Below are positions 31,171 to 42,296 of a DNA stretch of 64,000 nt, piece after piece. The stretch's first letter is position 1. Each line of letters opens with the position of its first letter. The stretch is taken from the NCBI GenBank assembly GCA_965644315.1, contig CBFFRQ010000069.1, forward strand, positions 868,001-932,000. Direction: 5' to 3'. The position numbers and the translations under genes are program-made. The notes under the pieces are model-generated. The model had not been told where the DNA came from and did not search any database. It saw nothing but the letters and a program-made list of their open reading frames with translations. Source of the DNA: Caecitellus pseudoparvulus (Eukaryota > Protista > Bigyra: Bicosoecida).

Positions 31171-32816
31171 ATGGACAAGTACACTTTTCGTGAGAAGGTG
31201 GGGGAGGGCAGCTATGCTGTCGTGTACCGAGCTGAGGATAAACACGGTACCTCATTCGCCATCAAGGCCTTGAAAGACGACTTTCACTCGTGCGTGCTGA
31301 GCAGCTGCGCTGCCCTGCCGGCTGCTGAAGATGGTGCCTGGCCTTCTGCCCAGGTTTGAAGAAGTGAAAGCGCTGCCAGAGGTTGTCTTCTTGGGGGGGT
31401 GGCATGATACGTCCGTCATTCGCTTGCATGAAGTAGTGAAGGTGCAAACAAAGGTGGGTGGCGCGTTCAAGGGTGGCATCGCAGCCTATCACCTGACAGC
31501 CCACTACCCCGCCTCAGGTCTTCATGGTCTTTGACTACTGCCCCTGCAACCTGTACCAGGCCCTGACGTCCATGTCACAAGCCGCCAAGCGCCTGTCAGA
31601 AGGCCAGGTGCGCTTTGTAATGAAGCACCTGCTCACCGGCCTCGCTGCCCTTCACAGCCGCGGCATCGTGCACCGCGACATCAAGCCAGACAACATGCTG
31701 CTGGCGAGCGACAGTGCCAAGGTGTGCGACTTCGGCCAAGCTCGCAAACTTCCAGCCAGCCAGGCGACAGCCATGACCACATACGTCGCCACGCGCTGGT
31801 ACAGGGCGCCGGAGCTGCTGCTTGGCAGTGCTCAATATACTCCTGCTGTGGACCTCTGGGCTGCCGGCTGCACCATGGCTGAGCTGTACCTGGGCAGGCC
31901 GCTGTTCCCGGGCTCGTCAGAGTCTGACCAGCTGTTCCGCATCGCCTCAGCTCTCGGTGCACCCACCGTAGCAGCCTGGCCGCAGGTCCAGTCCTTGCTC
32001 GACCGCAGTGGCCACAGCATCCCTGCGTGCTCCCCAACGCCCCTAGCTTCCCTCATTCCCGGCATATCAAAGCAGGGTGGTGCCCTTCTGTCTTCCCTGC
32101 TCGCATGGAATCCTGCTCGCCGCCCATCCGCCGCCGCGAGCAGTGCGCACCCGTTCTTCGCACAGGGGGACACCTGTCCCGTGCAGCCAGTCCTGCCTGC
32201 CCGGCGCAGCGATGAAGTGGCAGCTGCCCAGGCTGCAGCCGTTGCCGCCCAGGAAGCCGTAGCTTCACTTGTCTCAGCTATACCTGGGCCTGCCCAGGAA
32301 GGCACGCCGGCTGAGGAGGTGGCAAGGGACGGAGGGCAGGCGCTGGCTGCTGCCGGCGCTGGGGGGGGATGCGTGGCGAGAGAGGAGGCCCGAGAGGAGC
32401 TCACGCCTGAACCGAGTGCCATGGATGCCCCCACTCCTTCTTCGGCCGTGCAGGCGTCGGCGGCCTCCCGCCCCGGCCCTCCCTCAAGGGTTCGGCCGGG
32501 GGGCATGTTGGGAGACCTGCTGGGGACAAGTGCAGCGCCGCCCAGCGCCTCCTCCGCAGCCCAAGCCAGTGTGGCATCAAGTTCTACTCCTGCGCTTTCA
32601 TCTGCCCCCCTCACAGACGGCTATGTCCCGTCCTTCATGCAACCTGCGGCTGGGAGTGGCCAGCTCCAGCCAAGAGAAACGGGCGGCTTCAGCGAGCACA
32701 GAACCAAGGGGGGAAGCGCCACCAGCCAACAACACATGGGAGCACCTGATCAATCGCCAGATGTGGGTGGTGCAGGTCCATTCGGGGAGTACGTGCCATC
32801 CTTTCTGCGAGACTGA
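31171..32816 (+). CDS. MAK: MAK/ICK (RCK family) CMGC serine/threonine kinase
   Basis: Three exons (introns ~31290-31353 and 31454-31517). Motifs GEGSYAVV, AIK, HRDIKPDN, DFG and TTYVATRWYRAPE. C-terminal YVPSF motifs resemble MAK/ICK tails. Confidence 0.8.
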
Positions 32817-32989
32817 CTGCCGCCGGACTCGGGCATTCAACCACTGTGACTGCTTGCAGCAAAACACGGAGCCCGCTCAGGGTGAATAATTCGATTCAGA
32901 TACCCGCGCATGCTGCTTTTCTGCCGCACCGCACACTTTGTAGCACTGCACATGCCCAGTCAGGACCGCAGCCGCCCTTCCTGTGGGAC

Positions 32990-34014
32990 ATGCTTGCGGT
33001 AGTAGCTGTCGTTGCCACATCGCTAGGTGTCTTGCAGGCAGCGCGTGGGCAGCTGGTGCAGGGCATCGTCAACCCTTGGGATGGGGCATTGTCCGCTGGG
33101 CCGTCAGTTCCGACCGCGTATACGTCGCAGGCTGTCTGTGAGTGCCGCGCCAAGGTGCAGCGAAACTCCCCTGAAACGCTCGCAACTCCCCTGCACCAGT
33201 TAAGGACAGCAAGTCGCCATTGACGGCCCTAACACTGGGAATCACAATGGGAGACCACGCCTACAAAGACTTCCCGAATGAGAAGTTCTCTGCTTGGAAG
33301 GTCGTGACCCAACTAGGCAGCGAAAACGTTACCGACCTCAGTGTCTTGTACAAGGTGTGTTGCTGGCGCAGACGTGGACGGCTGGTCAAACACCACCCGC
33401 GTCACACATGCCGCTTGGTACGCACAACCATCTCTGCCTGTTTCTTTCCGCAGGATAGACCAGGTGGCTACTCATACCACCTGTACACAGACGAGCAAGG
33501 GCAGCAGCGATGCTCGACCGGGGCTCAAACCCAAGCTGCCGACATGCTGGACTTTTCCTGGCTGGGGACGTCGCAAATCACTGCTGGACAAAACATGACA
33601 GTGCAAGTTCCTGGAAAGGAATCCCCCACTTTATGCATCGTGTACCACGAGGCGCAGAACCCCAGTCATTTCGCATGCCTCGTGGACTTGGGGGGGGCCA
33701 AGTTTGCCGGGCAGCAGCAGCAGCAGCCTGTGCTGCACCAGGGCGGCTCGAAGCAGCTCTTCTTCACCTCGTTCACGCCCTTGACGGCGGAGGACTTCCC
33801 GCCCTCCTCACCCATATTCGCTGCCCCCGGGACATGCCAGTCCAGCCAAGCCCCCCCATCCAAGCCCGGCACTTCATGGCAGGTGCTGCTGGGGAGCTGC
33901 GTCGGTGCATTTCTTGTCGGGAGTGGAGCCACACTGCTGGTACTGTACTGCCGGGGCAGAAAACGCGAGGACGACCCTCGAGCGTACCAAGCAGCTCTGC
34001 TTGATGTCATGTAG
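32990..34014 (+). CDS. Type I membrane protein, function unknown (signal peptide, luminal domain, C-terminal TM)
   Basis: Signal peptide MLAVVAVVATSLGVLQAARG. Introns 33138-33199 and 33355-33453 keep the frame. TM WQVLLGSCVGAFLVGSGATLLVLY followed by a basic stop-transfer and a YQAALL tail. Confidence 0.7.
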
Positions 34015-34156
34015 CTCCTCACTCCATCCCCCTGCCTCTCCCTGCGCACTTGTCACGTTCAAAAGGCGCCACTCTGCATGTGCCATCAATTCAATCGTCC
34101 TTCATCAGTGCTCTTGCCAGCCTCGGCGTGCGCGCTCGTCCAAGTGTCCATGCCCC

Positions 34157-35593
34157 ATGGCGGCCCAAGAGGACTCCGAGGCATCGTCCACAGCCAGCGG
34201 AGGCAGCACTGGCTTGGCCATCTGCGTCAGGTGTGCTGGTGGCCATGGGGATGTGACTTTTGCAGTAAACCTCATCTCGGGCATCCTCCACCTCCGCCCT
34301 CAGTGGTGCCTGTCCGTTGCTGCGTGTGGCATGGCCTCCACAGCCAGCGTCTCCCCTGCTGCTGAGCTGAGCCAGGCGCTTAGGGACTGCGGTGTGGCAC
34401 AGATGGAAGTGCGCGAGCTCCCTTCAACCTTGATCGAACCAGCCTCTGCCCACTTCTCTTTCCCACCCAGCGTCTCGCACGTTCTCTTTCTGCAGGGGCC
34501 AGTTCCGACGCTTCCTCTGCGAGCCGCGGAATTTGAGCCCCTCTTGGACATTCGTTGCGGCACTACCAAGGTGGATCCACGGAGGAGTGTGACTGTGCGA
34601 GAGTTTGGTATGGGAGCTTTTACTTCGAGTGGTGGTGTTTCTGTCGTTGACTGCTCTGCTGGCCTGCACCCGGATGAACTGGGCATGTTTCCAATCATCC
34701 CTCAGCCGCTGAGTGCCGAGTCTCCCCTCGGCCTGACGCCTTCCCAAGCGGCCCGCCCCTTTGCAGTCGTGCACGTGAGGTCTGCCAAGCACATGCACGC
34801 TGCAGCACGCTGTATGCTGGGGTTCGCTGCTTTGTCTGGCGAGCGGAGCCTGGCCCTGTTGTGCCCCACAGGCCGCAGCTTCACGGCCAAGATGAAGCGA
34901 GGCGCTGGACCTGGTGCTGCTCTGAACACTGCCCCTGACGCAAGCTCCGACCTGCATTTGTCCACATTCGCTCTCCCTGCCGCGGTACAGCTTGTAGTAG
35001 CTGAGGAGCACCCTCTGGCCCCCGGCTTCACTGCCTCGCTGCACTCCTCCGCCTCGCGGCCACTGCCACTGCCCACTTTTCGCGGAGCCTTGCAGCACGC
35101 ACGCTTCTCGTGTGTCACCGGAGATGCCTCCCTGAACGAGGCCATCACTCTGGGTCGGCCCTTCTGGTACGGCACGGCAGGGCATAAGGTCGGCGTGTGG
35201 CAGGCGTTGCTCGGCAGGGTGCATGAGCTGGAAGGCGTGCCTGAGACTGCCCACGCAGCAGGGGCGGTGCTGTCTTGGTGGACGTGGGTCAGCCATGGCG
35301 TGGAAGGCAGGGCTGCCGCTGCACACATGCAGCACGCAGGCCGGGGCACAGAACACCCCGCTGCTCAGCCTCACGATGATTGGCCCACACTGCTCAAAGC
35401 CTTGCAACCCCTCGGAGGTGACTGGGCAGCGCTCGAGGTCGCCTTTGCCAAAGTCTGCACAGCCCTGACTTCCTCCCTGTGCACGCTTCCTCAGCGGCTG
35501 GTGGCAGCCTTGGAAGGCTCTGACTCTTTTGGCGGAGAGGATGCTGCACCTCCAAAGAAGGACCCGGCGCCAGAGCTGGCAGCCACAGCGTAG
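34157..35593 (+). CDS. Putative GT-B fold glycosyltransferase (EarP-like motifs)
   Basis: N-terminal CAGGHGDVTFAVNL and C-terminal FSCVTGDASLNEAITLGRPFWY match GT-B acceptor and donor-site motifs. ATG at 34157 chosen as the start. Confidence 0.6.
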   Translation: MAAQEDSEASSTASGGSTGLAICVRCAGGHGDVTFAVNLISGILHLRPQWCLSVAACGMASTASVSPAAELSQALRDCGVAQMEVRELPSTLIEPASAHFSFPPSVSHVLFLQGPVPTLPLRAAEFEPLLDIRCGTTKVDPRRSVTVREFGMGAFTSSGGVSVVDCSAGLHPDELGMFPIIPQPLSAESPLGLTPSQAARPFAVVHVRSAKHMHAAARCMLGFAALSGERSLALLCPTGRSFTAKMKRGAGPGAALNTAPDASSDLHLSTFALPAAVQLVVAEEHPLAPGFTASLHSSASRPLPLPTFRGALQHARFSCVTGDASLNEAITLGRPFWYGTAGHKVGVWQALLGRVHELEGVPETAHAAGAVLSWWTWVSHGVEGRAAAAHMQHAGRGTEHPAAQPHDDWPTLLKALQPLGGDWAALEVAFAKVCTALTSSLCTLPQRLVAALEGSDSFGGEDAAPPKKDPAPELAATA

Positions 35594-36918
35594 AACTGGG
35601 CATGCCAAGGATCCAAAGAAGCCAGCTGCTGCATCGCTTCGACTTGCCCGCCCATACCCAACTCTCGGCGGACGAACGCCAAGGCATGTAGTGGCCCTGA
35701 GGGGGGGAAGGGGGGGGGGGGCATTGAAATTCGGTCCACACGAAGCAAAAACATAGGGGCTAGTCACGGACACTTAGACTCGGGGGCCACTGCAACCAGC
35801 TCCTCCAGCGTTTTCCGCTGCTCGTGCAGGTGGCTCTCCCAGTCAGAAGCACGGCTGGCGTCTGAGGCTGCGAGATCAGCGCCTTGCCTAACAGCCCACC
35901 TGTGATAGAACCACACGCTTTGATCGTCTGGCTCTGTGAACATGGCAGCCTTGAGGGTGTCGAACTCTGCGATGGCGCGTTGGGAAGTGCGAGTGAAGAA
36001 GCGGGTGGTGAAGCGGGCGCGCCGCTGGCGTTCGCTCACCCGCTCGCAGTGACTCGATGCTGACTTGGTCCAAGCGCCGCAAGAGATCGGCTCGATAGTG
36101 CCATGCCGAGTAGTTGGAGAAGTTCCGCTCGATAAGCTGCGCCGTGAACGCAAGCTCGTCCTCTAGCGGCAGGCTGCCCAACTGCACAATGAACCTGCGA
36201 TAGTTCCAGCAATGAAAGTTGCGCTCGTCCAGGGTGAGGAAGTGAGTGCACAGCTTGAGCTCAGCTTCAGCTGTGACAGCCCCCTGCAGGTGCTGCTGCC
36301 AAGGCGTGCTGCCCTCCGCAGCTGCAGCTGCCTCTGCGGCCTCCATTCCCGGCGCGCTGCCTTGCAGCACGAGCTGCACGATCCACTTTCGATGATGCCA
36401 CGTGCTGTACGACTTGGGGTTGCGGTCAGTGAGAGCTTTTTGAGTCAACTGCAGCTCGCCAGCCACCAGCGCGTGGGCGGCGTCCTTGTCCGACACTCTG
36501 AGCAGAGCCAGCCACAGTTCAGCATGAGGAGTAAGGACGGACGCCGTGCGCAGCAGAGGACTTACTCCACAAAGCGCTTCAGTAGCAGCTCTTTGCGCTG
36601 ATTCCACAAAGTGTAAGCATCGGGGTTAAGCGCGAGAAGCTTGGTGTTGCCTGCCCATGTGAAATCCGTGTCCGTGTGCCTCTGCAAAAGCCGCACCACG
36701 CCGTGCAGCGACTGGACGTTACGCACGGCAAGAGAGCACACTCACACCCGCGATGGCGCCGCGAAGCAGCTTCAAGTATTTCGTGTACTTGGCTGCGTCT
36801 GCGGCTTGCTGCTCTGGGGTGGGCCCCTCCCCCTCCCTGAACTTCTTGCGGCCGTGCTGTGGTGCGGGGAACGTGAAATGGAGGTTGCGCAAGGCAACGC
36901 GGCACAGCCACGCACCAT
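35491..36918 (-). CDS. RABGGTA: Rab geranylgeranyltransferase alpha subunit
   Basis: ATG-only first coding exon (36918-36916) spliced to HGRKK. PPTA repeats NPDAYTLWN, NPKSYSTWHHR, DERNFHCWNYR, NFSNYSAWHYR and EPDDQSVWFYH. Last exon ...KWPL...LASLDPWHAQFY ends at TGA 35491. Confidence 0.9.
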
Positions 36919-37055
36919 GCTGCAGCTGGTGCTCTTTGGCAAGCCTTCCAATTCTCGACGAGCACCCAAAGTAAACTTAAATGCATGTTGTGGACGAGTC
37001 TTTGTCTTCAATTGTGCACATGCATTCCACTTGCAAGTTGAAGGCGCCAAGCGCG

Positions 37056-40000
37056 TCAGGCCTGCGGCTTTGCCCACACAGTAGTCTTGGTTGCCGAGTT
37101 CCAGTACGCCGTGGCGCCAGTGACAGGATCCCGGATTTCAGACCACCCTGGGGGCAAGTGGTGCCCGTCAACTTGCTCGTCAAAGCCAGCTTGCTGTCGA
37201 GCCGCTTTCATTGCAGCCTTGGCAGCAATGGCGCCAGCTCCGTAGTCCATGGTGTCGGTGCGGGCATGAGGTACTGCACGGCCTTGCTTGCGGGCCAGCA
37301 AGGCAAAAATGATCGCGTGCAGCGTGGAGCTCATCTCTTTGAACTGGGGTGACACCAGTTCAACGGAAACCACCGTGCGCTCGCGCACACGGTATACAAA
37401 CACCGGCCTTCGCGCATGAGCGCCAAACGTAGTGATGTACTGCACTTTGTGCAGCATCCATGGCACAGCACGCCCCTCCGCCAGCGCTTGCATGCGTGTG
37501 AGGGCGGCAGGCACAGAAAACGGCTCGTCAGCACCTGCGGACGCTGCCGCTGGGCTCTCCACCACGCCCGTGTACGTGAGGGGGTTGTGCCCCGCGGCAT
37601 GCACGGGGGGGGCTGGGCGTGTCCAAATGCCGTGATGGTTGATGCCCACCAACACAGGGAGGTGGTCCAAGTCAGTGTCTGCAGCGTGCATGGTGGTTGT
37701 CACCTCCACGGCCCAGTCTGGCGTGTCTGGGGCGGTGGTGGAGGGCTTCACGTCAGAGGAGGGGCTGGGGCGGCGCAGCAACCTTGCCATGAAGAAGGAG
37801 CAGCCATACTCGTCAAGCTCCTCCACAAGCCGCAAGTATTGCTGCTGGACATTCAGCAGAGACTTGCCAGCTGTCCCGGCGTGGGCGGCTGCGGCGGCCA
37901 CCAAAAAGCCTTTCACGCCCTTGGTGCCTCCAGGCCCCTCGTGGCCCACGTGCACCCACTCGGCAAGAATGGCAGCAGATGCCAAATCGGCAATGTGGTG
38001 TGCCAGGTATTGCCCATCAGGCGCGTGCTTGGCCGCATCGTACGGTCCAATTGCAGCGTGGGTGACTGCATGCAGTCCAGCCAAGAGTGCTCCACCGTCA
38101 CACGTCACCATGTACTGCCCCGACACAACAGCATGTACAGCTTCAGCGTACAGTAGAGCGTGTGCTGCCTGGGTGTGGTCGGTTGCCTGGGCCGCCTCCA
38201 GCTCCACAGGTGGCACGACCGAGCCCTTCTTGGCGGCCTTTTCGTCCTCTGTGGGCGGCAAGAACATTCGGCGCTTGAAGACCAGGTCACGGGAGTCCTG
38301 GGAAGCCGCCACGTCCGCCTCCGCGGCAGACATGATGTCGGGGAGCAGTGTGAACAGCTCCCGCCCACCTTTGCGGTCCCGAATAAACAGAGAGAAATCC
38401 GCATCAGACTGCAGCTTCACCTTCTCACGCAGTGACACGAGGGCGTCCTTGACAGTGCCGCCTTGGTGAACCAGGATGGCGTGCTTCTTGCCGTCCAGAG
38501 TGGACACAGACAGGGAGGTCTCCGATTCTTCGTCAAGCTGCGTAGCACCCTCCGCCTCACTGCCCCTGTGGAAGAGGCTACTGATGCCCGATCCCCAGCC
38601 TGTGCTGTGGCGGCGATGGGGTCGGGCCTTGGGGCTGCGGAGGGCTTCGGCGAAGGCGTCAGCGCTGGACAAGGCGGAGGACAGCTCCAGCGCCTCTGCG
38701 GCCGCACGCCGCTCACGCCTCTTCACACGCTCGATGGCAGCATTGAAGGCTGCAGACCACCGCTCAAATTCTTCTGTGGAGTCGGTGCCGAACTTGAACA
38801 CACGGCTCTGTCCTGCCGCATTGGCATCGGCCTGCTGGTGGTCGTCGAACACCCCCCCAGCGTCCAGCTGGGCGATGTGGCGGTACGTGATGCGGGGGCG
38901 GTCACCAGCAGGCGGCGCCACCTTCATGCCGCTGAGAGCCATGCTCTCTGTCAGGTGGATGGTCTCCAGTGTGTTGTTGGCGTCCTTGACGCGATCGTAC
39001 CGGCTGGAGTACACGAGAATGACCCCCTTATGCAGCACCACGTACCTGGCCCGCCACTTGTGGGAGAACAAGGCGCCTTGCACACGCAAGTACAACAAGC
39101 CCTCACACTCGTCCTTGTGCACCTCTTTGACGCGGGTCCGTGTCACCGCATGAGCAGCGTCGGACTTCCGCACGCCCGCTTCACGCACCGCAGCGATGGA
39201 GACCGTGGCACCACCACTGCCGCCAGCGGCAGCAGCCGTGCTGGAGGCGCCCTCAAAAGCCTCGCCCTCCTTGTGCCCCACACCAAACACTCCCTCATGC
39301 TCCCCTTGGCCATCTTCGTGCGTCGGCGCCTTGGCTTTGCCTCGCCCGTCGAAGAATGAGAAGTCGTCCTCGATGGGCTCGTTGAACCGGAAAGAGTGAG
39401 GGCGCTTGGTGGAGGAGGCCACGCCACCATGGGAGTACAGAGCAGTAGCAGTGCTTTCCCCCTCCATGACGTGCTCTGCGTCAGAGTCCGAGTCGGAGTG
39501 CGCGTGGGCGGCTCCCTCCTCCTCGGTTCCAACGCCCGTGAAACGCCCAGGCGCCCGCTTCACGGGGGACATCACCGCTTCAGCTTGCTCCCACCAAGTG
39601 TCGAAGGGATCTGACGTCTGCAAAGTCAAACCTGCAGGCTTGAGCCCTGCACCGCCCTCTGCTCCACCAGCGCCGGCCAAAACTTCCTCGGGAGCCTTCT
39701 TCAGCGCCAGCTGCACCAGCGTGTCGATTTGGTACCGGTTGCTCGCCGCGCACATGAAAATGCCGTTCACCTGCATGGAAATGTCAACATCCGCCTCAAT
39801 GCAAGCTGTCAACTTGTCCCTCGTTGCGGCGTCCAGCTTGTCATCAGCAAAGGCCCCGCCAACTGCAAATCGAGCATCCGCGCGGCATCAGGATGCAGCT
39901 CGATTTCCGCAGGAGCAAAGCGCGCAGCGAGCCACACAGGTCTCAGACCGCTGCAAAGAAGCACCCAAGCAAGGCACAATAAAAACACACTCACCCTTTG

Positions 40001-40339
40001 CCAGGAGCTGCTGCTTGCTGTCTGACAAGCTGTCCACTCCGCCAGCGCTTTGCGCTCCTTCCCACGCCTTCCCTGCAGCGTCTGCAGCACGCACAGGCAC
40101 GGCGCTGTAGCCGGCGAAGGGGTCCGAGGAGGGGGCTGATTTCTCGGTAGGTGCACCCTCATGACCCACTGAATCGTCCTCCTGCTCACCAAAGCACAGG
40201 GATCCAATGGGGTGAAGCGGCTGGCAGCGCCAGCAGACGCAAGGAAGCATGCGTTGGCATGCTCGGCCCAAGTGCTCTGACGCACCTTGCTGGCCCCTGT
40301 CGATCGTGGGGGAGTGGCAAACGGGTCAAAGTCAGCCAT
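37056..40339 (-). CDS. PH + FERM + WW domain protein with N-terminal DPF motifs
   Basis: PH (EGLLYLR...KWRARYVVL...FERWSAAF), FERM F1-F3 (VSTLDG, LVFKRRMF, LLYAEA..AVVSGQY, YGCSFF, VGINHHGI) and WW (LPPGWSEIRDPVTGATAYWN...TVWAKP). Two upstream exons start at MADFDPF. Confidence 0.8.
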
Positions 40340-40823
40340 GGCGCTGAAACTGTCTCGGATGGAGCGTGTATAGCACGAACGCAGTTGAGGCAAGCTTGGA
40401 AGTTGCCTGGCACTGGCTGTTTGCAGCAACACTTGGCGTGGTCGGCCAATGCGAGCACCAGCCACAGGCGCGAAGAAGTGAGGGGCAGACAAAGCTGAGG
40501 GAGGGTAAAGGGGACAATGAAGTTCCAAAGCTTGGAGGGGTGGGTATTGTGCAAGCCGTTCTGGATTGCGCAGCCTTGCGCCTGGCGGCCTGACGTGCAA
40601 CTGCACTTCCTCTGGGCCGCAGTCAGCGCTCTGCGCGCTCACTCGCGTCGTACAACCCGCTGAGTCAAAACTAAAATCTACAAACAAGCCCATTCTAGCA
40701 GCACTGTGAGTTCCATCTGCCCCCCTGGACTCCCTGGGAGGAGCGGCTTGGTGCTTCAAGCTTGCCCTCCGACAACCCACCTGCGCACATTTGAAGGCAA
40801 CGTTCGGAGACTTTGCGTGCAGC

Positions 40824-42002
40824 ATGGCAGCCGCGTCCCGCTCCACTGCGGAAAGCTTTCTGGAAGGAAGGGGGCGCCGCCAGGCTGTGATGTATGTCAG
40901 CGATATCAGCTCCTCCGCGGCGGCGAGCCAGCGCCTGGCTGCCGAGCAGCACAGGGTCGCTTTGCAGAGAGCAGCGATGGACGCGGGAGCAGCAAAATCC
41001 GCACCAGAGCAAACGAAGCCTGCGCACCCTGCCAGGCCCCGTAAGAGGGGGCGAAACGGCTCTGAAAATGAGAAGTGGGGGCCACTTCACCCTTCCTCCG
41101 TGTCGCCTTGCGATGTGCCCTCGCTCGCGGGCAGGACAGGCCGGCGTAGGGGACTTGCTCAAGTTGTTGCGGCGAGCTCGCTGGCGTCTGGGGAGGGCTC
41201 CATCGTCACCGAGCCAAACAAGGCATGGCTCTTGCTCAAGAACACAGAGCTAGGGAAGCAGGTAAATTTGAACCTCGTTGCCATCGTGGACTCCTTCTCA
41301 TGTGCCATCCTTGGGCTGAGCGCGCTGCCCGCCACGGCCCCAGGGGTGGAGGAGGACTTCCTCATTTCTGTCAGGCGCGACACGTGCACTGCTGCAGCCG
41401 GCTTGGGCGTGCCTCGGGGCGTTATGGTGGCAGACATTCCCGTTGTACGAGCTGACGAATGGCCTGGTGCCAAGGCCCTGTGGGCACTGGTTCACTCGCA
41501 CGTCGCCAAGACACCCTCTCCGTATGCCTGGACAGAGACAACGCAGTTGGCGGCGACGGCCCACAATTGGAACCTAGAGCTGGGCACGCTGCCTTCCCTT
41601 GCACCACACTTTGCAACTTCTTCAGCGGGTCGAAAGTGGCTCCAAGCCGTCAACTCTGCAAGCGCCACGGCCTTGACGCCGCGCTCCCTGTGGACCCTTG
41701 GGATGCAGCATGCGGCGAGGCTGCTTGCTGCCAAGCCTTGCCCGGCACATGCCTTGGACCCGCATGTGCTGCTCGACCTGCAGGCTTCCCAGGCTCGGGG
41801 CGCTGGCCTTCGCTTCGCTGTGCCTCGCAGCATGGACAGCGACAAGCCCCGTGTCTCTGCCTTCATGGGCGTGTACAGGTGCGAGCCTGAAGACCCCCCC
41901 TCGGCCCAGTGCGTGGATGGCACACCGGTCACACCAGCTGGGGGATCCCCCTCTCCTGCTGCACATGGCTGGGGCGAAGAAGATGACGCGGACCTTGCCT
42001 GA
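40824..42002 (+). CDS. Hypothetical protein (~390 aa)
   Basis: Long ORF with a cagcATG start, filling the gap between neighbouring genes. No recognisable domain. Confidence 0.55.
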   Translation: MAAASRSTAESFLEGRGRRQAVMYVSDISSSAAASQRLAAEQHRVALQRAAMDAGAAKSAPEQTKPAHPARPRKRGRNGSENEKWGPLHPSSVSPCDVPSLAGRTGRRRGLAQVVAASSLASGEGSIVTEPNKAWLLLKNTELGKQVNLNLVAIVDSFSCAILGLSALPATAPGVEEDFLISVRRDTCTAAAGLGVPRGVMVADIPVVRADEWPGAKALWALVHSHVAKTPSPYAWTETTQLAATAHNWNLELGTLPSLAPHFATSSAGRKWLQAVNSASATALTPRSLWTLGMQHAARLLAAKPCPAHALDPHVLLDLQASQARGAGLRFAVPRSMDSDKPRVSAFMGVYRCEPEDPPSAQCVDGTPVTPAGGSPSPAAHGWGEEDDADLA

Positions 42003-42296
42003 TCAGCACCGACAGCTGTCACACACCTGCCGCACCGCCGGCTTCATGCCCAGCTACAATGGACAAGCCTGTGTGCGCATGCTCACTGCCCCGGCATGAC
42101 TGGGGCCAGGGCGGGCGTGCCTGAAGTACCGGAGATTGCCGAGTGCTGAAGCTCCTTGGCCTGCCACAAGCACCGCAGTTTCTCTGGCGGAGTTGCGCGC
42201 GGGGAACGGGGATCTACAGACAAGCAATGCATTCATTTCACGCGGCGGCAAGGAGAGAGCGAGGCAGCCCGCCTCTTCCGGAGTCCCCCCACTTGC

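Noticed and set aside
35701-35722. Poly-G run, possible G-quadruplex or repeat
   Set aside because: It is the polypyrimidine tract of the last RABGGTA intron on the minus strand.
34424-35773. 449-aa antisense ORF, and many other long shadow ORFs (e.g. 11329-12420, 44425-45615, 52404-53555)
   Set aside because: These are opposite-strand or alternative-frame shadows of real genes in GC-rich DNA, with no domain signal.
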